A stretch of 64,000 nucleotides of DNA, taken from positions 170,488,312-170,552,311 of the forward strand of contig CM097886.1 of assembly GCA_044892525.1 (NCBI GenBank), written 5' to 3'. Source of the DNA: Schmidtea polychroa (taxonomy: Eukaryota). The notes below the pieces were generated by a model. It had not been told where the DNA came from. It searched no databases and saw only the letters and a program-made list of their open reading frames with translations. The position numbers and the translations under genes were made by a program. Below are positions 1 to 13,419 of this stretch, one piece after another; within the stretch, counting starts at the first letter, position 1; every line of letters starts with the position of its first letter.

Positions 1-699
1 ATTTATGAGAAAGTGAAGTTATTTACTTCATTTATTCAATTTTATAAATGGTTTTCAAGTTTCTAAATTTAAGTAACTTTTAAGGCTTGAATTTTGATTT
101 TATATAATTATTTATTTGGAATTATTTCGATATACTATATATCTAAATTTTCGCTGCACAGGGGTTGAGAATCACTGCCCTAGAGTGTATAAAAAGAAAC
201 TACCGTATTTTGAAGTTTAATATTGATTAAACATATCCAAAATAACACTGCGGGATTTTTACACAGCAACATTTATTAATTGAAATTTTACATTTTTAAC
301 ATATATTTCTTTTATTAAATTGGCATAACAATAGTTAATTAATGAACGTGTAGAAATAGTTTTGCTTTAAGCAAATTTGAGTTGCTGAGTTCATTGGAGT
401 CGGGTGAAGTGGTAAATCTAGGTAGAAAGGAACCTAGGATGCAATACAACATCTGGATCTGACCATTCCTTGTCTATACTCTGTAATGTATGTCAAATCT
501 ATAAGTCTTGTTAATTCCGTATTTAACCCCTATATAAATAAATAACCTATATTAAAAGTCCGTTGGCAATTTTAAAATATTAAACATACGGGAATACACG
601 CAATTGGCTCTAAACAAATTTATCACAAGATGCTAACCTGCGGAAAGTCTTTTGTGGATAATAGCTTGTAGCGAAGTTTAAATCTGTAGCTTTTGGTTA

Positions 700-1060
700 G
701 AAGACATTTAGAAGAGTTGGAATGGAAAATCATACAGACAGAGAAGGCAAAGAACCTTTGTATCAGCGATGTTGTGAAGTCGAAAAGACCATTACTTAAT
801 GATGAAAAAATTTAAAACCATTTTGTCTCAACTAAAGAAAACTATAGCTAAATTAGATTCAGTTATAAAATAGTGCGCAATATTCTAAAGAAAATGTATT
901 TCAACGTTACCTATACAAAATTCAAACTATCTTTCAGCTACATGAAGAAGATTGTGTTGAAAGAATCAGAAAGAACTGAAAACTTTAACTAAATTTTGAA
1001 ACAAATTGAAATGGATTATTTTATATTCGAAACCTTTTATTTTTAGTGAAATATAATTCT
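700..1060 (+). mobile_element. Decayed Tc1/mariner-type transposase fragment
   Basis: Frameshifted translation VRNILKK...YKIQTIFQLHEEDCVERI resembles the mariner-like xRILK..HPYKIQLVQEL..D.xR motif. A related fragment recurs at about 2390-2470. Confidence 0.45.
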
Positions 1061-1283
1061 TCTATTAAAAGAAGTTAACACCCTTATCTAATAAATTGGT
1101 TGTAGGGAGTTAAAAAAGTAGGTAACCAAACGTTCATATCCCATATTATTGTATCAATTAGAACTTTTAAAGCAAATTTTGAGGTGTTGTTTTGGGCATT
1201 CTAATTATTGGCCTTTGGTATAGTTAAAAGTTTTCTTTGTTTTAAAGTTGGTTGCATATAATTTTGTTTAAATGTAGTATTAG

Positions 1284-1285
<2 letters not shown>

Positions 1286-1356
<71 letters not shown>
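1286..1356. repeat. (TA)n microsatellite
   Basis: About 35 TA units directly abutting the 1356-1591 inverted repeat. Confidence 0.95.
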
Positions 1357-1359
<3 letters not shown>

Positions 1360-1591
1360 TACAAGCTGTGCGATACCCTGTGTAAATCCCAATAGTAGAC
1401 TAGTTTCGAGCTTTTGGCTCTCATCAGTACTATGCAGGAGACACGAAGATTTCTCTTCGCGCCAGGTAAGTATACAATATTGCTGATTCAACTCTATTGC
1501 ATACTTCTCCTGAATAGTACTGATGAGAGCCAAAAGCTCGAAACTAGTCTACTATTGGGATTTGCACTGGATATCACAAAGCTTGTAATGT
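1356..1591. repeat. Inverted repeat, 85-bp arms (1356-1440 / 1507-1591), 66-nt loop
   Basis: Arms are reverse complements with 6 mismatches and a 50-nt perfect core; the loop contains CCAG|GTAAGT. Confidence 0.95.
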
Positions 1592-2483
1592 TTATATTAT
1601 TTTAATGTTAGACGTCCGTAAAATATATATACAGTTAATGATCATAATTTACCTGACATGCAGGTATGAATCTTGATGGCAGTACAATAGAAGTACATTT
1701 TGCCAAACCTGTAAATAAAATAGAGCAACAACAAAAACTTTTGAAAAGATCCACAGCAACTCTCAATCAGTCTCTACCGCTTCTTATGACAACGGATCTG
1801 AACCGGTTATCCCTCAATTCGAATGGACCGATAGTGTCAAATTCAGAAAACCATGAAAGAAATACAGGGTAAATTTAGTTATTAATTAAACTTTTTGTCT
1901 TGATCCAGTAGTTTATCAAGGATATGAATAATTAATTTGACATTTTAGAGAGCTTTTATGTTTGCTCTCATTATTTTAAGATTGATGGCTCTTTGGATAA
2001 TATTAATGAACAATTAAAATATCCGTAGTTATTCTTTTTTATGAAAAATTGTAAATGTGTATTTAATGATTAAAACTTTTCAAAAAAAATAATTACATCA
2101 TTTTGCACATTTACTTTCGGATTCAATGATTTTGTCAACAAAGCTTCATATATTACACGTTGTCAATAATTATTGAAAATTTTTAATGACATCTTAAAAT
2201 CAAACAAGCCTATGTTACTCTTACAGCCCTTATTATGCTCACCAATATCGGCCAATGCTTTCGGTTGATAATATTGACGGCCAAAATATTTTAAATTCTT
2301 TTACTATATTTTCATTGAAACATATTTACACTAAATGAAAAAGCGTAAAATGAGTTTTAAAAGTTAATCTGCAAGCATTTGACATTCCAGCTAAATTTTG
2401 AAACAGATTGAAAAGGATTATTTTATAGTCGAAAATTTTCACATAATGTAGATTTCTCAGTGAAGGCTTTTCATTGACTTGTA

Positions 2484-2562
<79 letters not shown>

Positions 2563-3040
2563 ATAACAGTTAAATTTATTAGAATACCTGATTTAGGAAC
2601 TTAAGTAGATCTTACAGAAATGCAGCAGGCCGGTGCAGTATAAAATCAAGGCAAATGATGAAAAATATGGAAAATAGCGAGAATTTGTACAGCAATATCA
2701 TTAATGTATTTGCTATTTCTTAAGTCTTCGTATAATTATTTAATAGCTACTAGCTGAAGTATGTCAGACATATAGTTGGGGTGTACCATTTTATACCATT
2801 CAGTTGATACCAGTGATGTTCTCAAACAATGAAAGCCCTATTAATGGGTTTATGACACAAGTAATTTTCATTCAATGGCAGATTTAATAATTTATGGAAT
2901 TCAGGCTTATATTCCTGGATTAAATGTCCATTTTACCGGTAAAATCCCTACATTCACCCAAGAAGAGTCAATTTTACAAGCTTGTGAAACGGCACTTACA
3001 TGGTTGTTATATAGTGGAATACACATTCCGTTTTTATCAG
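1399..3040 (+). CDS. A1CF/RBM46/RBM47-family RNA-binding protein, 5'-partial (end of RRM3 plus C-terminal DND1-type dsRBD)
   Basis: Exon from 1664 reads (G)MNLDGSTIEVHFAKPVNK, matching the RRM3 end of A1CF/RBM46 (NGKVLDGSPIEVTLAKPVDK from memory). Exons 2597-2705, 2747-2860 and 2905-3040 join via GT-AG introns of 41 and 44 nt to give SRSYRNAAGR...LLAEVCQTYSWGVPFYTI...AYIPGLNVHFTGKIPTFTQEESILQACETALTWL, matching the A1CF dsRBD (ILEEICQKNNWGQPVYQL...TIP...FTPPKL..F.DEAK..AAE.TL). Exons between 1870 and 2596, the candidate exon 1399-1465 and the true stop are uncertain; the N-terminus probably lies before the window. Confidence 0.75.
2485..2560. repeat. (ATT)n microsatellite
   Basis: About 25 ATT units. 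Confidence 0.95.
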
Positions 3041-6000
3041 GTTATTTTATTATATTATATTATTTTATTATATTATTATATTATTTTATTTTATTATCAA
3101 TATTTAAACAACTTTATTTCCGTATTTATCAAACTGCCTAATAAATAGTGAAATAATACAAACATGTTGATTATACATTGTCCAGTCTCAGGATAAATTT
3201 TTAATAATTAAGTGAAAGACTATAATGAATTAAAATTTTAATGAAATTCATATTAAGCTTCCAATAAACAAAAAATTGTTTATCTAAGTAATTGAACTTT
3301 ATCATTTTCAAGTAGACAATATCTCATTTGCGGCGATTTTGAAAATTTTTGAACTTTTGTCATACAAATTTCAATTACTATAATTAAATTTTCAACCAAT
3401 ACATTGATGGGACACGTTAAATTTAAATTATTAACAATAATTACATATGAAAAATATTAGCACAATATTGAGGAGGTACACGGTGCGCTACACCAGTTTA
3501 CATTGAATAAAAGCATATATAATACACCCGTTTGCAGTGAACAAACGCATTTATAATGTAAAAATAAAATCAATATGTGTATATTATATCAACATACAAA
3601 CTTACCTGTGTGTTGATTTTTAGCGTTGCAATGAATAAACGCATTTAATATAGAAAGTGAGAAAGTGTTAGAAAGAATAAACTGACACACACACAAACAC
3701 AACACATAATAAAAAATGCATGCAAATTTTCGATATGCAAAATTTTTGTAATGAATAAACACACTATAATAAATAATTTACAGACATTTTTAGAAATTTT
3801 TAGAAAAAAATAACCGATAAAATTTTGACGAAAATTCTGAAAACTCAACTTTGAGTTGTATAGATAATAAAGACATTATTTCGTAAGATATATCTTCAAT
3901 TTTTAATAAATTTAATATTAGTTTTTTTAATAGAACATGACAAAATTCGACTAATAACTTTATTTATTTATAGTTAAAAATATATCTGATTTACATTATA
4001 TCGAAATAATTCCAAAAAACTTCATAAAATTTCATAAAAATCCTAAAAACCCTGAAATTTAATAATAAATAATAAAAAATGTTGATGAAACGTAATATTT
4101 AGGAGCTTGAATAATGATCTCATATCTATATGGATCAAAATTCAAGTCTTAAAATTTACTTTAAATGAAAAAAATTACTTGAAAGCCATTTCTAAAATGG
4201 CTAAATACAAATAGCTAAATAAGTAGTTAAACTGAATGCATATAGTTAAATTAACCAAATTCATTCCAAAAAATTCCATCATAAATAATGACGCATATAT
4301 AATTGATTGTACATACCAACCCATATTATAAATGCGTTTATTCAGTGCAAAATGGTGTATTAAAGAAATCAATAAGCTTATATTATAGAAACACACAAAC
4401 TTATCTGTATGATGAATTCCAAAACTCCTTTTTAAAAATAGTAGTTTAAATGTTAAATTTGTATTAAATTTTAAAATTTATATTAAATTATATTGAAGTT
4501 TTTTAAATAAAAGTAATTATACTTGTGACCAATAGTAGCATAAATATTACTACGCCTCAGTAGTTTAATTTTCAGAAAAAATGAGAGATTTTAAAATTGT
4601 TAAATAAATTAATGTTGGAAGAAGACTTAAATTTAATTGCATCTAACAAACGATAAAATATAATGAATATTTAATTTATCTAGTTAATATTTAAATTTTG
4701 TAACAAAAGTATAAATTATAAGTAAGTGTCACTCGAACATTCGTTTTACGATATATTTTGACAGGTTTCCTCTCATCGAAAAATTAAATCAAAAGATTTT
4801 GAAATATTGGTTTTCGTTACAAATTAAAAATGAATTATTATTTAAATTATAATTTAAAAATATTTTTATTAAAAAACATAATCAATAAATTTGTTCATAA
4901 AATCTATTATTTCTATAGTTATTCTATTATATCAGACGATGTCAGGAGAACTGTCTAAATATATTGTAACTCTTCCATATACCGTTTTTCCAAATTTAAA
5001 GTGCAAAATATATTTAAATTTTGTAAAAATTTCAAAAAAATCGTAATAGGGCTTCTATTTGTAATTTTCTTTAATATAAACGATCTTTCAATAAAAACAA
5101 AAAAAATCATAGTCTCAAAAAATATTTAAATTTATTAGAAAAAAATAACGAAATATAATCATTTAAATTTTCATAAAATGTATGAATTATGAAAAACCAA
5201 TTTAAAACAATTCAAATTGGATAATTGTTCAAAGATGAATTTTTCTTGTTTCCAAAAATCTGATTTAATCATAGAAATAAACAGTCAGAAATAAACAAAA
5301 TTAAAATTTATATTTATTTCTTTAATAAAAATAACTGCTTTTCTGATAATTTTACAGTGGAAAACACTAAAATATAAAATAAAACTATTTGCCAAATTTT
5401 AGTAAAATTGTAACAACAGTCTTCTTGAAAATTTTTTTTTGTATAGAATATACAAATGTAATATAAATTTAAGTTTTATTGAGAATTTGGCATATTCATC
5501 TAAAAGTAATGAAGAAAAAATATCCAATTTCAAAAACTTGTCTGACAACTGGTGAATTCTTTTTCACTAATTTCCATGCTAAAAGACTCAATTGATTAAA
5601 AAGTTTCATGAAAAAGTATAATTTTAATTAATCATATTTATTAAAAAGCTTGACTATGAATCAGTAAAGATATCGATATTTTTTTTGGTATTCACGAATT
5701 TTTGGCACTGCCTTTTTCAAGTGATTTTGATTGATATAAAAAAAGTCAAGTTTTTTAACTCTTTGGATACAGGTATGACCTATGGGTCCAGAGAGATTTT
5801 ATCCTAAAAGGTAACACACAGCTCAAATGTTTTTACATCATTATTTAGAACTTATAATAACGAACATTGTGAGATATAAAACAAATTTTTATCATATTAC
5901 TATCGTCAGATAATTGAGTTACAATTTTAAAAATAGGCCTTTTTTAAAGTGAAATAAAACATTGAAGTTGAAGGAAAAATTCATGAAACATAAATTGTTT

Positions 6001-7334
6001 GAGAGAGCAACTATCGATCATATATGGATAGGAAAACTTCATAGAAAATCTAAGTAGAACCTGAGTATTTTTCAAAATAGTAAAACTTACTTTTGAAAAA
6101 TTTTGAATTTTTTGCTTATAAATTTGAAAAATTTAGAAATCTCAGAACCAAATTTTCAAAACGACCACGGTATTTCATCTTTATAAGATGAAAAATACAA
6201 AATTTAGCTTTTAGAACTTTTCTAGAAAATTTTAGATTGTTTCAGAACGAAAAATTGATATAAATAGCCTTTCATTAAATCATTTTATAAATTTGAACAA
6301 TGTATTTTCCACCTGTTTCAAACCTTATCACACAAATCTTTCTTACTAATAGTATATCAATCATATTCAACCAAAATTTTCAACTATTTTAGAATTTTTT
6401 CCATAAAAAAGAAAGGATTTTTCAAATTTTTTTAAATGAGTAAAATGATTATCGTGAAGTAATCTTCCAAATAAATTTACTTTGGTTGAAAAAAATTCGG
6501 GACTCAAAGAGTTAATAAATACAATGTCAATTGAAAAGAAATCAGAGGTGAAAATTGAAAAAAATTTAATTAATCAGAAATTACTTTTAAAAGAAATTAT
6601 ACATATTAAATATTAAATAAATATACAACTTTATTAATATATTTATTTATTTAAATTTTTTGAAAAATTTATTTTCGATTAAAATTAATCATCTGTGATA
6701 TATAATGTAAATAATTTATTCGCGCATACTTATTTATGTTATAATTTAATTTATAACTAATTAAAATATTNNNNNNNNNNNNNNNNNNNNNNNNNNNNNN
6801 NNNNNNNNNNNNNNNNNNNNNNNNNNNNNNNNNNNNNNNNNNNNNNNNNNNNNNNNNNNNNNNNNNNNNNNNNNNNNNNNNNNNNNNNNNNNNNNNNNNN
6901 NNNNNATAATAAAACAAATATTAAGTTGGTAGATGGTAGTTTCACTATGTTAATGGTAATATACTATGTTAAAAAATAAAGTAATAAATTAAATTAATAA
7001 ATCAATATAACTTAATTATAAAATTAAAAACACTGCAATTAAAAAAATATTTACTTACACTGCAAAGCGGGCTAAAAATTCATTTGTATTGGTATGATCA
7101 AGAAGCATATTGTCGAGATAGTTTTCGTTAATATTTATGGCACGTACTTCGGCGTCTGAAAGAATTGACTGCTTCGGAATTATAAAGAATTGTGTTTGTT
7201 TTGGCATGGATGTGCTAATTTTTTTAAATTTCTAATTAATTTATATTGATTTATTAATTTAATTTATTACTTTATTTTTTAACATAGTAAATTACCATTA
7301 ACATAGTAAATTTACCATTTACCATTAAGATAAC

Positions 7335-7640
7335 ATGAAAAATGGCATTCAAGCAGTCAAAAGCTTTTCTGGTGGTGAAACCTTTGCTAATTCTAAGAAT
7401 AATGATTACGCAACGGGATCAATACCTCATACCAAAGAAGATTCAATAATAGATCCTTCCAAGCTGTCTATACCTCAGTTAATCCATTATAATGGCACTA
7501 ATCTGTCCTGTCCGGGTGATTCGAATAAGTTCAAAACTTCAGTGGAGACCAACGAGGGGATTCAAAACAATAAAAATCGGAACAACTTTTCAGCATTGGT
7601 TAAAGGCATCAAATTAAATTTAATAATTATGTTTATTTAG
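7335..7640 (+). CDS. Hypothetical ORF or exon, no recognisable family
   Basis: 101-codon ATG ORF, GC-richer than its flanks; a 42-nt GT-AG intron-like segment (7599-7640) lies at its 3' end. Confidence 0.3.
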   Translation: MKNGIQAVKSFSGGETFANSKNNDYATGSIPHTKEDSIIDPSKLSIPQLIHYNGTNLSCPGDSNKFKTSVETNEGIQNNKNRNNFSALVKGIKLNLIIMFI

Positions 7641-8076
7641 TGATAATTTCTTATTATGAAATAACCAAAGTGAAAATTTATCCTGGAAATTTGATCTTCT
7701 CCAATCAAAATCAATTCAATTTATCACGAAACCCTTCATACAAAATCATTTCCAAACCTTCTGAATTTTTTGTTCATTACTTTGTAAACAGACTTCTTTC
7801 TGTGTCTTTTATTATGACTCTTTATTTCATAAAAGGCTTTGTGCCGTTTATTTGCGAATTTCGTTAGTTACTTCCAATTTTTGTCTCGAATAAGAGAATT
7901 ATGTTCCACCAATGTTTAGACCTTACTTATATACAGGGACGAAGAGGTTAATCTTAGATAAAATAATAAATATCAGTGAATGTTTTATAATACAAATATT
8001 GAGGTTTGGTAAAAAAAGATCAAGTAAATTTTGCATTAAATTCATTATAAAGTTTCTCTCAGACTATACTCTAGAG

Positions 8077-8321
8077 CAGTGTTTCTTACGGTGGGACACG
8101 TCAGCAATTATCAATTATTCCACATATATTTTTCTAATATAATTTTCTCATTCACTACTAAATATAACAACGTGCATACAGCAATTTCATCGACCGTAAT
8201 TTTTGAATACTTGCAATACTGATTATCGAAGTTTGACAGCTACTTCAAAAGGGCCGGTGGGGCAAATAACTTTAGAAAATACTACGGTGGGACATTGTAT
8301 AAAAAAGGTCGGGAAACACTG
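8077..8321. mobile_element. hAT (Charlie/Buster-type) MITE
   Basis: TIRs CAGTGTTTC / GAAACACTG; flanks CTCTAGAG / GTCTAGGG form a degenerate 8-bp TSD with the TCTAG core. Confidence 0.8.
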
Positions 8322-9260
8322 GTCTAGGGCAAGGAGGAATGTGGGCATTTTGAATTGGTTTTTCTTTGGAATAACATTATAATAAATTATGTGATTTTTT
8401 AGAAAGATATAATAAATTTAGTAGTCATTTGTAATGTATTTGAGTTATTTGAACTACAGTGAACATGTTTTGTTCATTGATCCTACTTGGTCGAACCCTT
8501 TCGTACGAGAATTAATTTGGACTTACGTTGGTAGTTTAATAAAATTGGTGAAAAACTATCACCACAAAGAGTGAGATATTTTATCTAACCATAGACATAT
8601 AATTCTTTTGGACGGGGATTTATTTTACAATGAGACCTTTTTGATGTATATTTTAATAGAAGACAAGCGCGGAAAGGTTAAAATACGCTTAGTGTCATAT
8701 CTTTTCATACCTTTGTTTTATTAAATTAAAAATTATTATACATAATTATGTTTGTAAAGAGGTTTTATACAAAAAGATGTAATAGACTTGGGCCATCGGC
8801 AGTTCATGATCCACATGTGGCTCGGGAAAAAATAACTAAGCAAAATAATTAGAACTCCAATTAATCATTAAAATTAGAATTTTATATTAATATTTAAACT
8901 TGTATATTCAGGAAAAAAAAAATTTTTACCACTCATTCTATTTTAATAATTTTGAAATTGGCTCCTGCACGGTCCTGAGTTTCTCAGACCTGATATGTAC
9001 TATTTAAAAATGTTATTTTTAAACTTGTTTATTCAACCCCAACAGTTCTTCTAAAATTCCATTTTCTTTTATTTTTATTAAAATATAATTTTAATAAAGA
9101 ATTAATTAAAATTGAAATGCAAATTTAATTCGAAATTCAAAATTTGAGTGCAAAAATTTAATCAAAAAATTGAAAAATCTATAAATCAATATTTTCGCGA
9201 GGAAAGGTATATGCAGATAGCAAATAAAATGTTAGGAATTAATTAACATTTTAAATCAAT

Positions 9261-9741
9261 TGTTGAGATATTTAAATGTTTGTCGATGGGACTAAATCTT
9301 GATCAGCAAATAAAGAAATTTCGAATTGCACAAACTCTTTTTGGATTACAATAGCTGGGTAAATGTGCAATGGTTATATATCTAATAAGTAAGTCAAAAC
9401 ACAATTTGGTTTAACATTCTTTTCTGAATCGCTCTCGTTCACCTTCTTTAATTAATTCTGATAAGTTTAATTGTTTTCGATTTATTTAATCCTGCTAAAT
9501 TATTATAATTTTTTCCTCTTCGACTAACCGGCGCTTTCTGTTTTTTGCTCTCTGATTATATCTATTTCACAGATCATTACCTTATCTGGCTAAAGAATTT
9601 TCTGATGATTCTCTTAATTCATCATTCATCTTACAATTTACTGGGTAGATTGAATAATTTATTGTTTTATCTTAATTCCCGGCTACCCAATAATCTGACA
9701 ATCCACTAGGTATCCTTTGATTAATGGCTTTCGTTGAAACA
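9261..9741 (-). mobile_element. Degenerate, shortened gypsy solo LTR (family 1)
   Basis: Minus strand carries family motifs GGATACCTA and GCCGGTTAGTCGAAGAGGAAAA and ends CTCAACA; flanked by CAAT/CAAT. Confidence 0.5.
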
Positions 9742-12524
9742 CAATTAATTTATTTATTTATTTTTGAGTCCCAGACTCTTCTATGAATTTGAAATTATTT
9801 TATTTGCTTCCAGTTACTACTTTTTCGCCCCGAGAAAATATTGATTTTTACTTATTTCAAATTTTAAATTAATTTTAATTGATTTTAATAATTTTTACAA
9901 TTTTAAAAAAATGTTATTTTACAGAAAATTTTAATCTTTAATTTCGTATATCCTTTGCGTTGACGGGAAAAAAGAAAAAAATATAACTGATATAAACAGT
10001 AAAAAATCAGAAAAGCGATAAATTATGATCCAGAAAAAATCTATACATTAAAACAAGAAAAATAATTACTTTCCAAAATAAACATCTTAAAAAAATTATT
10101 TTTATATAATAATTATTCATGGTTATTCTCCAAGTTAAAAAATGTAAGTGCATAAAGATGTTATACATACGTATATATTAGCCACTCATCCACTTCACCT
10201 TTTGAACGTTTTAACTTAAGAGCTGAATTAAATACATTTCTTTAATAAATAGGCTTAATGCCAATTAAATGTCTATTTGAATATAAATGTTAAAAGAAAT
10301 TAAAATTTAGTGTCAAAATATGAAAAATATATTTCTATATTTTTTATATTAAAACAACGCTGATAAATTAATATCATTATACATTTTCAGGCTAGATTAT
10401 TAATAATTTGTTTCAAAAGTTTGAAATTGTAAACATTTTTGTAATTTTTTATAATTTCAGTTATTAACATTTAAATTTGAAAAATCACAATTTTTTTATT
10501 ATTTCTAATTTATAATTATTTTCGTAAATAATTAAAATTTTAATTTTAGACAAACAAAAATAGTTGAAAAATTCCAATCGCAATTAAATGGAAAATTATG
10601 AATTTTTATTAAGTTCAAATATTCGTTTAAATGCTTAAATAACATTTTTTTAAATCAAAAAATTGTTTGTTCGATGACTATATGTAAATAGTTTATTTGA
10701 TTATATATTTAATAATGAAATTTATGTTTTTTTATTAATAAGAATGTAATAAAATTTTATAATTTATTAAAACAAAATGCAGTTTGTATATTTTAGAAAA
10801 TATCATTTGAAAAATTTGTGTTAAATTTTGTTAATTTTAAAATTTATTTAAAAATGATTCGTGTAAATTTAAATTTTTTTTATATTTCTGCGTATTTGAA
10901 AGGCAATTCTGAATTAAACATCCTATTGGAAATGATATTGCAACCATAACCTCCTTATAAATCTTCATCATATTCCGACGATTTTCCTAAAATTTAAACA
11001 AACCCAAATACAACACATTTCTAATTAACCACATACATTTACATTAAACAAACTTCAACTACAGGTAATAAATGTTTTGTCGTTTTACACATTAATTAAA
11101 AATACAGAAGAAGACGGCATTACTGTAGAGTGAGGATTATAGTGCACCTACTTAATAAGTAACTTTATTATTTTGCACTATCAATTTTTTATTTTAGTTA
11201 TCTTTGTTATAAAGAAAATATCTTTTTGTCTGAAATTGTAAAAATGTTGGACAGTAAGTTCTAGCTTTAATTCCTATACCGATCAATAATGGGACCTTTT
11301 TGAGGTAATCGCTTTCCAGAAAAAGATTTCATTCTTTACCGGTAATTATGGACAAATACATGTCATACGTGTGAAACACACATAAGTTATCCACATCATT
11401 CATTTTACACACATGCATGCAAGTTATTTGCAATCCGCTTTTATCGATTTGATTAGTTGCACACATAAATTTACAAGTATAAATACGATGACGAATTAAT
11501 TCATCGTCATAATTTTACTATGCGGTCACTTAATTGCAATTAATTACATTTTTCATCACAAGCGAACTAGTTCAAAGAAGAAATTTGTTGATGAATCCAA
11601 GAAAATCAAGAATCCCCAACTGAAGAAGGAAAATGATATCAAGCGTGTTCAAATGTTTCACAACCATCAAATGTTTTTCTTGGTGAATTAAATTTAATTC
11701 AAATTTACAAATCCGCTGAAATTGTTTAAGTTTTTATATTCCAATTTTATTCGATATTTAAAGTTTTAAGCAAAATCCGAAACGAGTTATGCTGGAATGA
11801 AAATATATTTTTTCAACAATCGAAGAACTCATTCCCATGATGCCTTTGAAGAAATTGAAAGCTGGTTTATCAGTATCGCAATCCAAAGATACAAGATCAA
11901 TTTTAATGAAGTTATGACCCCAATTTAAAAGGCCGATAGTGCAAAAATCTCATTAGATTTTAACTGTTTTATTTAATAAATTTTTAATCATCTCTAACTA
12001 GTTTTCAATTGTGGGCAGATTTGTTTCCGCCTACTTTTTATTGGGTCAATTATTATTTTATATTATTATTTTTATTATTAAGTATATTATCAAAATTTAT
12101 CGACCTTGTCGGTAAAAGAAAATATACTTTAATTAAAAACTATAGTTTTATTGTTGTGAGAATGTGATTTGATTAATTAAATTTATTAATATTTTTAACA
12201 ATTTAATAAATAAAAAACTAATTAAAGATTGTGTGAATGAATGTAGTGGTATGAAGCAGTTGATACATTACTTCATTGAAAATTTTGACTGTATTTGGAT
12301 TAATAAAATTTAACTTTAATTGGAATTTTAACCATGGATACAACAAATGCAAAATCTTCTGTAGCCAATAATTGTTATGAAATTTGATTGTGAAACATTT
12401 CCTATCTGCAATTATTATAAACTTGTATTACTTTGAATTGAATTTAGTTGATGCTGTAATTTTTCAAATTAGCTTTTATTTCTCCTTTTCTTTATATTTT
12501 TTCTATTTATTAATTTGTCTTTAT

Positions 12525-12817
12525 AAGGGGACTTACTGGAAGTTGGGCACAGAATTTCTATCAGCAGCCCGCGAACCTAGACGGTTATAGTGAACTGAAG
12601 TACATTCACTTCTCGCACGTATTCCCCCATGCAACACATAACCAAAGTTGATCACTCAACGGGTATCTGAAGATTAAGCAAGTCATTGTATCTAGGGTTG
12701 AGTTGGAAACGGCATGAACGGGTGAAATGTGGATTACCTGCGACAATGTTTATCCTCTTGGATCCCCCCATCAAACAGGACTTCCCCACATTATCGTTTA
12801 CTCACATGATCCCAACA
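12525..12817 (+). repeat. Dispersed repeat ending in an LTR-like CCCAACA terminus (second partial copy at about 34225-34335)
   Basis: Shared blocks TTCTATCAGCAG.CCGCG and GGGTT...TGGAAAC...GGGT.AAATG..GATTAC at both loci. Confidence 0.6.
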
Positions 12818-13419
12818 TATTACACTCATACCTCGCTTTACGGCCTAGATACGTTCCAGGAAAGTTGGCCGCAAAGCGAAACGCCGCATAGCGAATCAAA
12901 TACATTTTGATACAATTCCATATAAATTCAATAGAATTTTTGACCGTATAACGAAACATTTTAGGCCGTAAATCGAAAAAGTGCCGTAATTAAAGTAGGC
13001 CGTTATAGCGAAAAGCCGTATAAAGAGCAGCCGTATAGNNNNNNNNNNNNNNNNNNNNNNNNNNNNNNNNNNNNNNNNNNNNNNNNNNNNNNNNNNNNNN
13101 NNNNNNNNNNNNNNNNNNNNNNNNNNNNNNNNNNNNNNNNNNNNNNNNNNNNNNNNNNNNNNNNNNNNNNNNNNNNNNNNNNNNNNNNNNNNNNNNNNNN
13201 NNNNNNNNNNNNNNNNNNNNNNNNNNNNNNNNNNNNNNNNNNNNNNNNNNNNNNNNNNNNNNNNNNNNNNNNNNNNNNNNNNNNNNNNNNNNNNNNNNNN
13301 NNNNNGATATATAAATGTCCTGATACCATGTTTATGATTTTTTGTGTATGTTTTCTATATATTTAACCATTTACTTTGAATTTAATTCGACTTAATGTTA
13401 TGTTTTTGGGTTGTGTTAT

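Noticed and set aside
1201-1533. 110-aa minus-strand ORF with a YIYIYI run
   Set aside because: Created by the (TA)n tract and the hairpin arm; not a credible gene.
6669-6945. ORFs spanning N runs (also near 13.0, 39.8, 46.3, 49.6, 52.5 and 56.7 kb)
   Set aside because: Open only because N codons contain no stops.
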